Shown here in pieces: positions 52,987 to 64,000 of a stretch of 64,000 bases of DNA. The stretch is from Octopus sinensis (Eukaryota), in assembly GCF_006345805.1 (NCBI RefSeq), contig NC_043009.1, forward strand, positions 71,858,001 to 71,922,000, in the 5' to 3' direction. The notes under the pieces were generated by a model. The model worked only from the letters and a program-made list of their open reading frames with translations, did not search any database and was not told where the DNA came from. A program made the translations under genes and the position numbers. How positions within the stretch are numbered: the stretch's first letter is position 1; every line of letters starts with the position of its first letter.

Positions 52987-54519
52987 AATTCCACTGAATT
53001 AAACTTTCATCCTTTCAGGGTCGATTAAATAAGTACCAGTTACACACTGGAGGTCAATGTAATCGACTTAATCCCCTCCTTCAAGCTACCCTTGTTGCAA
53101 AAAAAAAAAGAAATTGATATCATTATTATTATTATTATTATTATGGCAGTGACCTGGCAGAATCATTAGCATGCCAGGCAAAATGCTTAGCATCATTTTG
53201 TCTGTCATTTTGAGTTCAAATCCTGCCAAGGTTAATTTTGCTTTTCCTTCATTTGAGGTCAATACAATAAAGTAATGGTCAAGTAGCAGAAGAATTGAAG
53301 GTATTGGCTCACTCCACCCTATCCTTTCAAAATTGTGGTCTTGTGCCGAAATTAGAAGCCATTATTATTAGGATTGTGGTTTGGAAGAATTTCTAGGGCA
53401 TTAGTCAAACTACTTTGTAGTGTTTAGTTACAGTCCTCTATGTTCCGAGTTCAAATGCTGCCAAAATTGACTCAAACTTTTATCCCTCCAGTACAGTCAA
53501 CTTTTCTCTCCCCTAAATAGATCTGGTCAAATGCCAAAGTGAGAAATTGCATTCCAGATAAATGTCTTGCAATATTTGGTAACAGCCCTACTTTATGTCC
53601 TGAATTCAAATCCTGCCAAAATCTACTTCTATAAACACTGAAATGGCACAAACACAATTCTATAATAAGAAATTATTCCAGGCCAGAATCAATGTCACAC
53701 ACAATACTTTGCAAAACTTTGTTCCAGCTTGTTCTCTGTTTGAATCTTGCCAAGGTCAACTTTGTCTTCCAGCTTTCCAAGTTTGATAAATTATACTACC
53801 CGTCAAGTTCTGGGTCTAGATCCCCTTCTCCCACAATCTTGTGGCCTTCCACCTAAATCAGGGACTATAAATCTCACTCTACTAAAAAGAGGTAAAACTG
53901 CCTAATGTAGTCAGTAATACTATTTTATCCGAAGAATGGTGGAATGGTCATGGACAGAATGCTTTTCATTGTTGATCTGTTCAATCAGGGTTGACCTAGG
54001 ACTAAACAACAGGCACCAAAGGAAGAGAGGCCTAGCTGATCACTCAGAATAAATGCAGAAGAAACTAAATAATGTAGTGTCAAACGTCTTGCTGCTGCTG
54101 CTAATGATGATAACAACAGAATTTGCATGAGGCCTGAAATTTTATCTTCATTTTTGTGCATGAGGATTAGCTGATTAAGCTGATCCAAACACATGACTGG
54201 TATTTTATTTTGTCCCCACGCTCCATCTCATGAATGGATGAAAGGCAAAAATTGGACTTGGAAGGACTTGAAACCAGAACACGCAGAGAGTTGGAATAGA
54301 AGTTGCAAAGCAATCTATCCAATGCTCTAACAACTGTTCTAACCCCATCCCCAATCTTCTCGTAATTATTTCTAACATAGGTGTACAAAGTATGAAACAA
54401 TGGAGTCAGGGGTCAGGCAAACAAATCAGCCCTCACACTACTTCCTTGATACTTTATTTCATTACCCCCCAGGAGAATGAAAGGCAAAGCTGACCTGGGC
54501 AAGATTTGAAATCAGAACA

Positions 54520-54720
54520 TAAAAGAAGAGCCAGGGAGGCAACACACCTTCTGGTAGAGATTAGGATTTGTGGGAACCAGGATTCTCACTTGATGCTCAG
54601 GAGTCTTGGACTAGCTGTGAACAAGGGAAAAGAGGTTGCCAGAAAATGGTCAGAAGCTGCCGAGAAAGGCAGTTATTTCCATCTGGCTCAAGAGAAAGAG
54701 AGACAACAAGTGGTGTAGCA
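54520..54720 (+). mobile_element. Possible 3' remnant of an RLE-type (R2 superfamily, HERO-like) non-LTR element
   Basis: LVEIRICG..SHLMLRSLGL...KEVARKWSEAAEKGSYF resembles, from memory, the VEVGCRG...LGxxG...L.EAAEKxSxWLW C-terminus. Confidence 0.45.
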
Positions 54721-57639
54721 AGACTGAGCATTGAAGAAGATGGAATCATCTGAGCCAGGGTGGCAGTGTCTGATTCAACAAAGCTTGTGCTGTTGCACAG
54801 GAGTCTTGTTGCCCACATCAATGGGTGACCCTAGGAGGTCCCAGTGTTGAAGTGGAAGGGGCTGAAACAGCTACAGAGCTGCTTGACTGCCTGTTGAGAA
54901 ATCAACTCCTGCATTCAGAAACAGAGCAGCACCCTCACCACACAAGTGAAAAAAAAAAGCATCGAAGGCCTTTTGTTTAATATTCAAATGACTTAATCAA
55001 TGCATGACCCTTAATAATAAATCAGTCAGACTAGAATTATATGCAACCACTCGCGTAAAGACACTGACTAATTATCTACAAAGATAGACATACACATTGC
55101 AATAATAATACAAGGATTAGTAAATATCATTAGGGCACAAAACATTAGTTTTTAAGAAAGGAAATTCCTGATGGATTTCCTAAAACCATTCATAAGAATG
55201 ATAATAATAATTATTATTATTTTTAACATAGGAACAAGAACGGAAAATTGAGGGAAGAGGAAAGTCAATATAATCGACTGCAGTACTTGGCAGTTAATAT
55301 ATTTTGTCAACACCGGAAGGATGCAAAGTTGGTTTTGCTGAGATTTGAACTCAGGATGTAAAGACGTGAGAAAGTGCAAGGCTCTAATGATTCTGCTTGT
55401 CTTCCACTCTTAAAGGCAAATAATTCATTCTATTATGGTCAGCACAAGGTCAGCTGTCTTGGAGGAAGGCAGCAAATTGATTAAATCAAACCCAGTACTT
55501 TACTGGTATTCTACTTTATCAACCCCAAAAGAATGAAAGGCAAAGTTGACCTTGGCAGAATTTGAACTCAAAATGTATAGACAGATAAAACACTGCTGAG
55601 CACTTTGTCTAAAGTGCTAACAATTCAGCCAGCTCACAACAACAACAACAATAATAATAATAATAATAATAATAAAAGAAAATTGTGTTAGTTTGTTAAT
55701 AAACACATGGCAAATTAAACTTTTCAAAGCAGGCTTCTATCGGGTAGATGGGTAGGCTGGGGTGTTATTGTAAGCGTTATTTAAAGACAGTTTAATTGAA
55801 CACTGTGCATTCTGGGATCTTATTAATTCTAGAGCAAAGTTAAGGAGAAAGAGTTCTGTTGATTCTACTTACATGTCAACATAAGGATTTTGCTTGTTTT
55901 TGTTTTCAACAACAAAAACAAATAGAAACGTTTTATGGAAGCAAAAGGGAAAAAAGGGCAAAAATATCGAAACCGGGAGATACATCTTTGGAATGCTTAT
56001 TTCTTATTCCCCATGTTGTCTCTGTATCACTGACCCTGAAGGGGAAAGAAATGCACAGAATCATCATTTCATTGAAGCTAAAACATGAAGAAGAAGGAGG
56101 AGGGAGGAGGGGTGGTGGTAGGAGGTGGGGAAGAAAAGGAGGAGGAGGAGGTGGAGAAGAAGAGTGGTAGGAGGTGGGGAAGAGGAGGAAAAGGGTGACT
56201 ATGTCAAGGAAACTGTAAGAATTATTTGGCTTGTTACATTCTGAGTTCAAATGCTGCAGAGGTAAACTTTGCCTTTAATTATAATTATCATTAAGGTAAT
56301 GGGCTGGCAGACTCGTTAGCAAGCCAGGCATAATGCTTAGCAGCATTTTGTCTGTTTTTACATTCTGAGTTTCAAATTCTGCCAGGGTTGACTCAGCTTT
56401 TCATCCTTTCAGGGTCAATGAAATAAGTACCCGTTTGAGCACAATTTGAAACCATCATCCTTATTATTCAGGCAGCAAGGCTGGCTGAGTCTTTAACATG
56501 TTGGATAAAATGCTTAGCGGCCACTTCATCCACCTTTATGTTACGAGTTCAAATTCCACCCAGGTCAATTTTGCCATTCATGCTTTCATGGTTGATAAAT
56601 AAGTACCAGTGAGGCACTTGGGAGGGGGGGGAGTCAAAGTAACCAAATAGCCCACTCTCACTAAATTACAGGTCCTTCACCTATAACAGAAAGAATTGTT
56701 ATATATTTAGGATAGTGGATGGCAAAATCAGTAAGGCAACACATAAAATGCTTTAGTATTTAGTTACATCTCTTTTGCATACCGTGTTCAAATTCTGCTG
56801 AGGTCAACTTTGCGTTCTATCTTCTCGGGGTTGATAGAATAAGTACCAGCTAAGCACTGGGGATGGGGGAGGGGGTAATGGAATTGCTTTTCTCAGCTCT
56901 CAAAATTTGCTGGCCTTGTGCCAAGATAAGAAAAGATTATCATCATTAGAACACACAGACACTCAGAGGATGATGGATTGCAGAATGAGGAGGGCATCAC
57001 AGAAGATTCACTTGGCTTTGCATTTGAAAACATTCTTTCTCATTGAAAGATAAAATTGCAACCAAATCAACTTAACCTTTTGGTCTTCTGATGTTCATAA
57101 AATAAGAACCAGTTCAATGCTAGAAGGGTGGGGGGCGTGCCCCAGGATGGCCACAGCCTGATGACTGTGATTTGTTGTTTTACTGCCAAACAGTCCTAGG
57201 GAGTAAGCTATAAACTAGAATATTATAAACAGAGATAGCATCAGATGGAACATTGCAAATGTGAGAATATCATAAATCTAGTCAAAGACATCACAAACTA
57301 GAATCATGTGAATGTAATGAGAAATTGCTGAATGAGGAAACTGCTTGGAGAGAGCGAGAGAGGTTGAGGGTAGAAGTAGCTCCAGTAACACTGACAGAGG
57401 AACCAGCCTCTGAAGTTGGTAGCCATACAATCTAAAGTACAATGAAAGAGATGAAAACTAGAGAGAACAGCATCAAGGTTAGTTGCTATGATGGAGAAAA
57501 TATTTGGCAAAGTAGAACGTGTGCCTGTCTCTTACATAGTCAATGAAGGAGTATATGGAGGCACTGGAGGCACCATGGTACAGTAAATGGCACTGCAATA
57601 TCAACACCAGCTGCTAGCAGCACAGACAAAAGAACTTTC

Positions 57640-58540
57640 TCTTAAAAGAAGCAAAAAACTTATGGATCAAGTTTTCAGAGTAACACAATTAGTTACAGAA
57701 CAATTAATAAAGAAGTCAGCTTAGATGAGATGCAGTTTGGGAAGCAAAGCCTCGACTCACAACACCTTAAAGTAAACTTATCAAAGACAAAAGTATGATG
57801 TAATAAGAAGGAAGACAGTGACCCTGCTGCCATCAGGGAAATGGTTACATGAATATACAGGAAAAGGGTAAACAGGACTTCAATGTGGGGCACCCAATGT
57901 AAATTAAGGATGTGCACAAAAGGCAGAGAAAGATCACAGCCCTGAAATGTTTTCAAAACTCAGATGGTTTCATAGAAATGGTTGATAGCTTCCATTAGCT
58001 AGATAACCTAATTAGCATTGAAGGCAGGGCTTCCTAAAGCATATAAACCAAAATCAGGACAGGATGGAAAAAGTTCAGCATGCTGTTATCTGTACAGGCA
58101 GCAAAGAGAATCCCTCTTTGAATGAAGTTTGCACTGCTTGTGTATGAGGTACAATGCTGCATAATAACAAAACATGGACATTTAGTAGGGAGGATGTGTA
58201 AAGGCTCAAAAGAACTGAAGCAGATATAATCCATTGGCTGTGTAATGTGACTGTACATGAACAACAGAACATGGGCTGAGAGAAGGATTAAGCATAAGGA
58301 GAATCAGATGTAGTGACAAAGAGAGAAGACTGTGTTGGTAAGGAGGGTGAGAGTTGGGTAGCAAAGGGCCAAGTGACCCCAAGTGGAAAGAAGCTGAAGA
58401 AAAGAGGAAGACCAAAGGAAATATGGAGAGAAATAGTAAAAGCTAACTTAAGAGGCTGAACCTCATGAACAAGACGACAAAGGACTGCAATAAGAGGCAA
58501 AAATGATGCTAGAGAAAAGACACCCCCACCCCTACAATAA
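57640..58540 (+). mobile_element. Heavily deleted RTE-clade LINE remnant (RT pieces, Zn finger, C-terminus)
   Basis: KLMDQV, LDEMQFG, LKVNLSKTKV, TQCKL..HKR and RGRPKEIWREIVK fragments. Confidence 0.7.
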
Positions 58541-59788
58541 ACTATTCCAATGTTCCCACCCACCTCTCCCAAAGGAACATGAAAAGATAAGAGGATTGAT
58601 TTCTTCTCCTCAACTTCTAAAATGATCAAAATAGTCCAATTAGTTTTAAGTAAAAGTTAACGGAGGAGAGAAGGTTTCAAATCCAACATGGAACAGGAAC
58701 AGAGACAACCAGGTTGAAAAACAACAATAAAATAAATTGGTAAAAACAGATGAATAGTGGCAAAATAGCAAATGATGTTGGTAATGGATGCTGAAAGTGA
58801 TGATGGTGTAAGCAACAATAATGAGAATGACATTAGTGATGATGACAATGATGTAACGAACTGCAATGATGGACATGACTAAGTGAAGGGATCTCTTATT
58901 CTTGATTATAAGCAACAGCTGGTATTTTATGCTGGTCAATGGTCAATGGTGTTAGAACATAGCAACCCACATAGAAACTGCTGTTACAGTTTAGTCAACC
59001 TTGATTAAAAGCAGATCAGCTGTCAGCATCCTGTCTTTGAGGGCTAAAGTAAGACCAGATCTTTTCTTTTGTGGACAGCAGGATGTGATTTGAGGGAGGA
59101 TTTTGTAGTTATTTTCAGCATTCAAGTGATAGAGAAAGAAGCTCCTCATTGGCTAGCACAGAACAAATGATGTTATGGTCATATGGCAGTAAGCTAAGCT
59201 ATTATCGTTATAGTATGGTAATTATAAAAGAGTTAGTCAAGTTATATATACTAATTAAAGAGCAATTAAGCTATAGGTCTATAATGACATAGAGATGAGT
59301 ATTAAATGAATAAAAATCTACATATAAAAATAAGAAACAATCAAAGATATGAGCTGTTAGGAGAAAGATACCATTATATTCCTTGTTCAATACACACCAG
59401 CAGTAGATCTGTGCTTAACCCACCCCCCAGCAAAGTCCTTGTACATCATGATTTTGGGAGCCAAATTATCTTAAAAATCTTATAACACCAGGTTTTATAT
59501 GCAGTGTTGCACAACTGCTATAAGAGTGGATAATCTATTATAATCAATATATTCATCCTCATCATTGTTTTAACATCCATTTTTCCATGGTTGCATGGGT
59601 CAGATGGAATGCACTGAGGCAGATCCTTTACAGTTGAATGCTCTTCCAGTCACTTACCCACACCTGCTTCCAAGCAAGGTTTTGAAGACTTCATTTTACA
59701 CAAAATACAATGAAATAGAATGAATAAAATCTATGATATTAGCCTGCTTATGGGCCATGTAACATGCTGCATATGTAAATTCTGTGTT

Positions 59789-59790
<2 letters not shown>

Positions 59791-59848
<58 letters not shown>

Positions 59849-59855
59849 AAGAGAG
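59791..59855. repeat. (GA)n microsatellite
   Basis: Directly visible. Confidence 0.95.
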
Positions 59856-61101
59856 GCATGTTTAGCAGAGAGAGGTAGGAGAAAGAGAATGTTACCATGT
59901 TGTGATTAGCTGAAGGGAGAGGCAAAATGCAAAGGAGAGAGAAAAATGTTTAGTGGAGGGAAATGTGGTAGCAGTGAAAGGTAGGAAAAACAGGAATAAT
60001 ATCCACAGACATACAATCACATGCACAACCTTTCTATTCAATCTAACAATTAAACAATGTAACGAAAATAAGAAAAGGCTCTGAGATATTTTTAGCCAAA
60101 GGAAAATGAGACTGAGTTTAAAAAATGACTAGTTCAGTTGATTAAATTCCAATCTTAGAATATTCACTATAAATTTATCAAAGCTAATTATAAAGAGACA
60201 CCAAAAAGAAACAAACCCCTTTAAAGGGAGAGTCTGATTTTATTTTATCTACATGAAAGAGCTTTATTATACCCTAATTTCTCTCATTGATACAAGGCTC
60301 ATAATTGAGTAACAGAGGAATGGTACAATTGAGCTTTTGCCGAGCACATGTTTTATTGACCCCCAGAGGAGTAAGATCCAAATTTGAGACAGATGAGATC
60401 TGAAGCGAGGTGCAAAGGGCTGCAACTAAATATTGGAAGGTATTAAACCAGGATTATAACATTGCTATCATTCAACTCTACAGATATCAGATAATCTGCA
60501 TCTGATATTTTAAATAAAACAGCAGGTCGAAGGTATTCATGCCTCTCACTCACAAAGTCTATCTCATTTACCGTACCTCGTTTAACTGGGGTTAAAAAAG
60601 AAATGGGTCCTAGAATGGAAGGGATGGGTGCTGTTGCTAGGAATGTGATGCAAATGAGTAGATATGAATTTTCAGTGATGTAATAATAATTGGTATGTCA
60701 CGTGTATTGAGAAGAGCATTGTCAATGTGAGAATGATAACTTTTGGTGTAAGTAATTTTTGTTTTTTACGTAACTTTTTTAGATTTTGTAAATGAACAAT
60801 CTGGTGCATTTATTTTAATGGCCTATCAATGTATACAGGGAGCTCCTTTGCCCAAGGTGTTGGGAAGACACTTGATAAAGAATGGAAACAGAATTGAAAG
60901 AAGTGAAAAACATAATAATAACAGAAACAAAACAAACAGCAGAAGTAACATAAAAAAGTAAAAGAAGATGAGTAATGAAACACTGAAGCTCCTGTGTTGG
61001 GAGGGTGGAATGAGTTGCTATGACAACCAAAGGTGAAACAGCAAGAATATAGAATGACAGCTTATGGTGAGACGATGGAGGAGAGAACCAAAATTCCTTA
61101 C

Positions 61102-61217
61102 CAGCACTGGATGTATTGACTGTTTTTCGAATGTCTTCTAGTTGTTCCACTGAACAGTCCAAGACGGCAACTCCAGCACCAGCACGACATACTTCTATGT
61201 TTGACATCATCATCCAC
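61102..61217 (-). CDS. Candidate internal exon of an unidentified minus-strand gene (WMMMSNIEVCRAGAGVAVLDCSVEQLEDIRKTVNTSSA or VDDDVKHRSMSCWCWSCRLGLFSGTTRRHSKNSQYIQC)
   Basis: catatttctag| ... |gtaagg, 116 nt, higher GC than flanks, two open frames, no repeat recognised. No protein family recognised. Confidence 0.35.
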
Positions 61218-62161
61218 CTAGAAATATGGTAAATACATGATTAGCAACAGAACAGGTAAAAAAATGGAAACAGAAGTGAAGAATTAGGGACTTTAGAGAG
61301 AGTATGAAGAGGAAGAGGGAGAGAGTGAATAAACAAGGAGGTGATAGATAAAGAGAGGGGAGAGACAGAGGATTGTGGGGGTTGAGTAAGAAATTGGAAA
61401 GAGAGGGAGGTGGTGTGTGGTAGCCAGAGTGTTAAGGGAGAGATAGCCCCAGATGGGTGTGAATATATGAGGAAGAGAGAGATGTAGCATGGGGTAGGGG
61501 ATGATAGCCATGATCATTTTGCTGCAATCAGTGACAGGTGAGAGGAAGAGAGGAAGCTGCTCTTAAACGAAAAACCTGACCTGAATACTTACAATAGATC
61601 TGACTCCTTTAAAGGCACTCTACAGCCAGGGATAGTATTAAACTGGGTTATTGGTTAAGTCTGTGACCCAAAAACAGGAATAAGTCCTCCAAAAACGGTT
61701 TCTACAGCAAAATTTTATTCAAAAGTCTTTGCATGACTTAACCCAAAATATGTTGTTGTGAAGCAGCAATGTACTTAATGACACAACCATCCCTGTCCCC
61801 AAGACAGGAATATGGAGAGAGAGAGAAAGAGAGAGATGGGAGAGAGATAGTTAGGGGAGAGAGAGAGCTATGGGAGAGAGAGAGAGAGAGAGCTGAGGGG
61901 CAGAGATTGAAGGGGGAGAGAGAGCTAGGGAGAGAGAGAGATAGCTGAGGGGCAGAGAGAGAGAGAGAGAAGAATGAGTGCAATCTGATGGAGCTAAAGA
62001 TGCTTCATGGCATCTTTTGTCACGTTTTCTCTGCCCTAAAATTTATTCAGTAATTTAGTTTCATTTCCTTCTTTTATGAGCCCCAAATCCGTTTCTAAAT
62101 TGGTGTGTAATATTTCCATCATAAGCTTCATCTAACCACCAAGTGATTATTCAACCTACCA

Positions 62162-62522
62162 TGGAGGCGCAATGGCCCAGTGGTTAGGGCAGCAGACTTG
62201 CGGTCATAGGATCGCGGTTTCGATTCCCAGACCGGGCGTTGTGAGTGTTTATTGAGCGAAAACACCTAAAGCTCCACGAGGCTCCGGCTGTACTCTTTCA
62301 CCACAACTTTCTCTCACTCTTACTTCCTGTTTCTGTTGTATCTGTATTTCAAAGGGCCGGCCTTGTCACTCTCTGTGTCACGCTAAATATCCCCGAGAAC
62401 TACGTTAAGGGTACACGTGTCTGTAGAGTGCTCAGCCACTTACATGTTAATTTCACGAGCAGGCTGTTCCGTTGATTCGGATCAACCGGAACCCTCGTCG
62501 TCGTAACCGACGGAGTGCTTCC
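62162..62522 (+). mobile_element. tRNA-derived SINE (near full length, CpG-retaining)
   Basis: TGGCCCAGTGG A box and GGTTTCGATTCCC B box, followed by a long non-tRNA body. The acceptor stem does not pair. Confidence 0.8.
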
Positions 62523-64000
62523 ATTTCCATTCAACCTACTAGAAATAGCAACCAAATCACATTCCCCTAACTCTACAGGATATGTGGACCTGGGTCTACA
62601 GTACTTCAGAAAAAGATGGAATAGTCATGGTTGGGATATCTCAGATCACAGGTATGTTTGATCAGAGCTAATATGAGGCTTCACAGTAACAACACCAAAC
62701 AAAGGATATTTTCTCATGAATTTTCACTTCCAACCTCCAATAAATTATTAAACTTGAGCATTATGGAATCTATTTTCCATGGTTGAAGAAGACATGTCCA
62801 CTTAGTGGTGCAAGCCCAGTTCATCCACTAAACAAAAACTCCTTCCTTTGCCAAAAGACTGACATTCACAACAAACTTGGCTGACATCTGAATCCATCTC
62901 GTATATCATCGTAACAGCTATTTCACATAAATTCACAAATCCACAATATATTGAAAAAGAACAAGTGCATCTGGATGGTTTTCATCACCCTGGGCACATC
63001 TTAGACAGGAGTCAATTGCTGGCAGTTCCAACATGGCCATGTCTGTAGAATTATTATTCTCTTGGAACATTATTAGGCTGGAGACTTTGGAAATTGTTTA
63101 AAATCCCTGGTCTACAAGTCTGCCATGAGACTACTCAGCTAGTCCTCTTCAATACCTAGAATTGCTCCAAGGCCAAAGTTACATCTTTCCTTAACCTTCT
63201 AATGAATGCAAGGACTGACTTCTCACCAGTGGTGGCTCATAAAATTAGTTGGGGTGCTGCTTCAGAAAATTTTTAGCTGTTTTAATATTATGTAAAAGGA
63301 AACAAACATATAAAGAAAATTTATACACAAACTTGATTGGTTTGCGTTTTAGCCACAGTCAGGAAGGGTGTTTAATTTGTTCACTGATAACCACTATAAA
63401 TTACTCCTTGTTTTCCAGACACCCCCACTAAATCACAAAATCCTGGCAGCAACACTGAAGCTGGAAGCAGGATAATAATCTAATTCTACACTGTATCACA
63501 TTCAAGAATATAAACATGATTTTAAGCACAAGACATGCAGAGTCAAAAAGAAACTCTACCTTTTACCTGGCACTGTCATTCACGCAGTGCACCCTCTCTC
63601 CTTAGTGTGAAGCTTCCTATCTCGGACATGTGAGCATGCGCACAACAGCCAAACACTTAAGGATTATATAATGTACAAGTATAAAGAAAGAATTAAAGAA
63701 AAAAGGATTCATTATATTGAATGTTATCAATAATGTCGAGTGAAAATAGGGGGTGCTGTAGTTTGGCAGTTCCTATACATGAGCCACCACTGCTTCTCAC
63801 TAACAGCATTACCCAACTTGTTGAACACGATGAACACCTAACAACAAGTCAATAATAGAGGCTTTTAATAAGGGCACGATTTTGGAGTGAGACCACACTT
63901 GAACATGATATCTCAGCATTTAAGAGGTCCTTCTTTGACTGACCTCTGAAAGGATGACAAATAGAGGAGACTCTGGCCAGGTTTGAACTCAGACTGCAAA

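Noticed and set aside
52268-53028. Poly-I/L/N/C ORFs of 130-244 aa
   Set aside because: Translations of ATT/GTT trinucleotide repeat.
62162-62240. Possible tRNA gene
   Set aside because: A and B boxes are present but the acceptor stem does not pair, and the sequence continues into a SINE body.
63567-63655. Minus-strand segment with AG/GT boundaries (89 nt)
   Set aside because: All three frames contain stops. It could be a UTR exon but there is no support.

Overview
AT-rich, microsatellite- and SINE-dense animal genomic DNA. The repeat landscape (ATGT/TA/GAT microsatellites, tRNA-derived SINEs, RTE and mariner debris) looks cephalopod, probably Octopus; this is inference. The only well-supported gene is a + strand gamma/delta/zeta-type sarcoglycan. 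Six coding exons (3748-3849, 16020-16107, 17577-17696, 21411-21477, 22142-22265, 23834-24013) splice into a 226-aa open frame ending in the 4-Cys motif. The transmembrane-encoding exon was not found and probably lies upstream of the window. The rest is intron or intergenic DNA. Most notable non-coding structures: (1) a 335-bp near-perfect palindrome at 48234-48568 whose arms each carry a minimal type-I hammerhead-ribozyme motif, typical of Penelope-like element termini, plus a second fold-back with a half hammerhead at 28396-28540; (2) a nearly homogeneous array of 16 x 175-bp units grown inside a dispersed retro-element copy in a sarcoglycan intron; (3) a mariner derivative built from two left ends, with the same internal junction at two loci; (4) CR1-group, RTE and putative HERO-type LINE remnants, Helitron-like and piggyBac-like non-autonomous elements, and a 2.85-kb compound microsatellite. 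A few isolated candidate exons of unidentified genes are reported at low confidence. Almost all ORFs in the supplied track are repeat artefacts.
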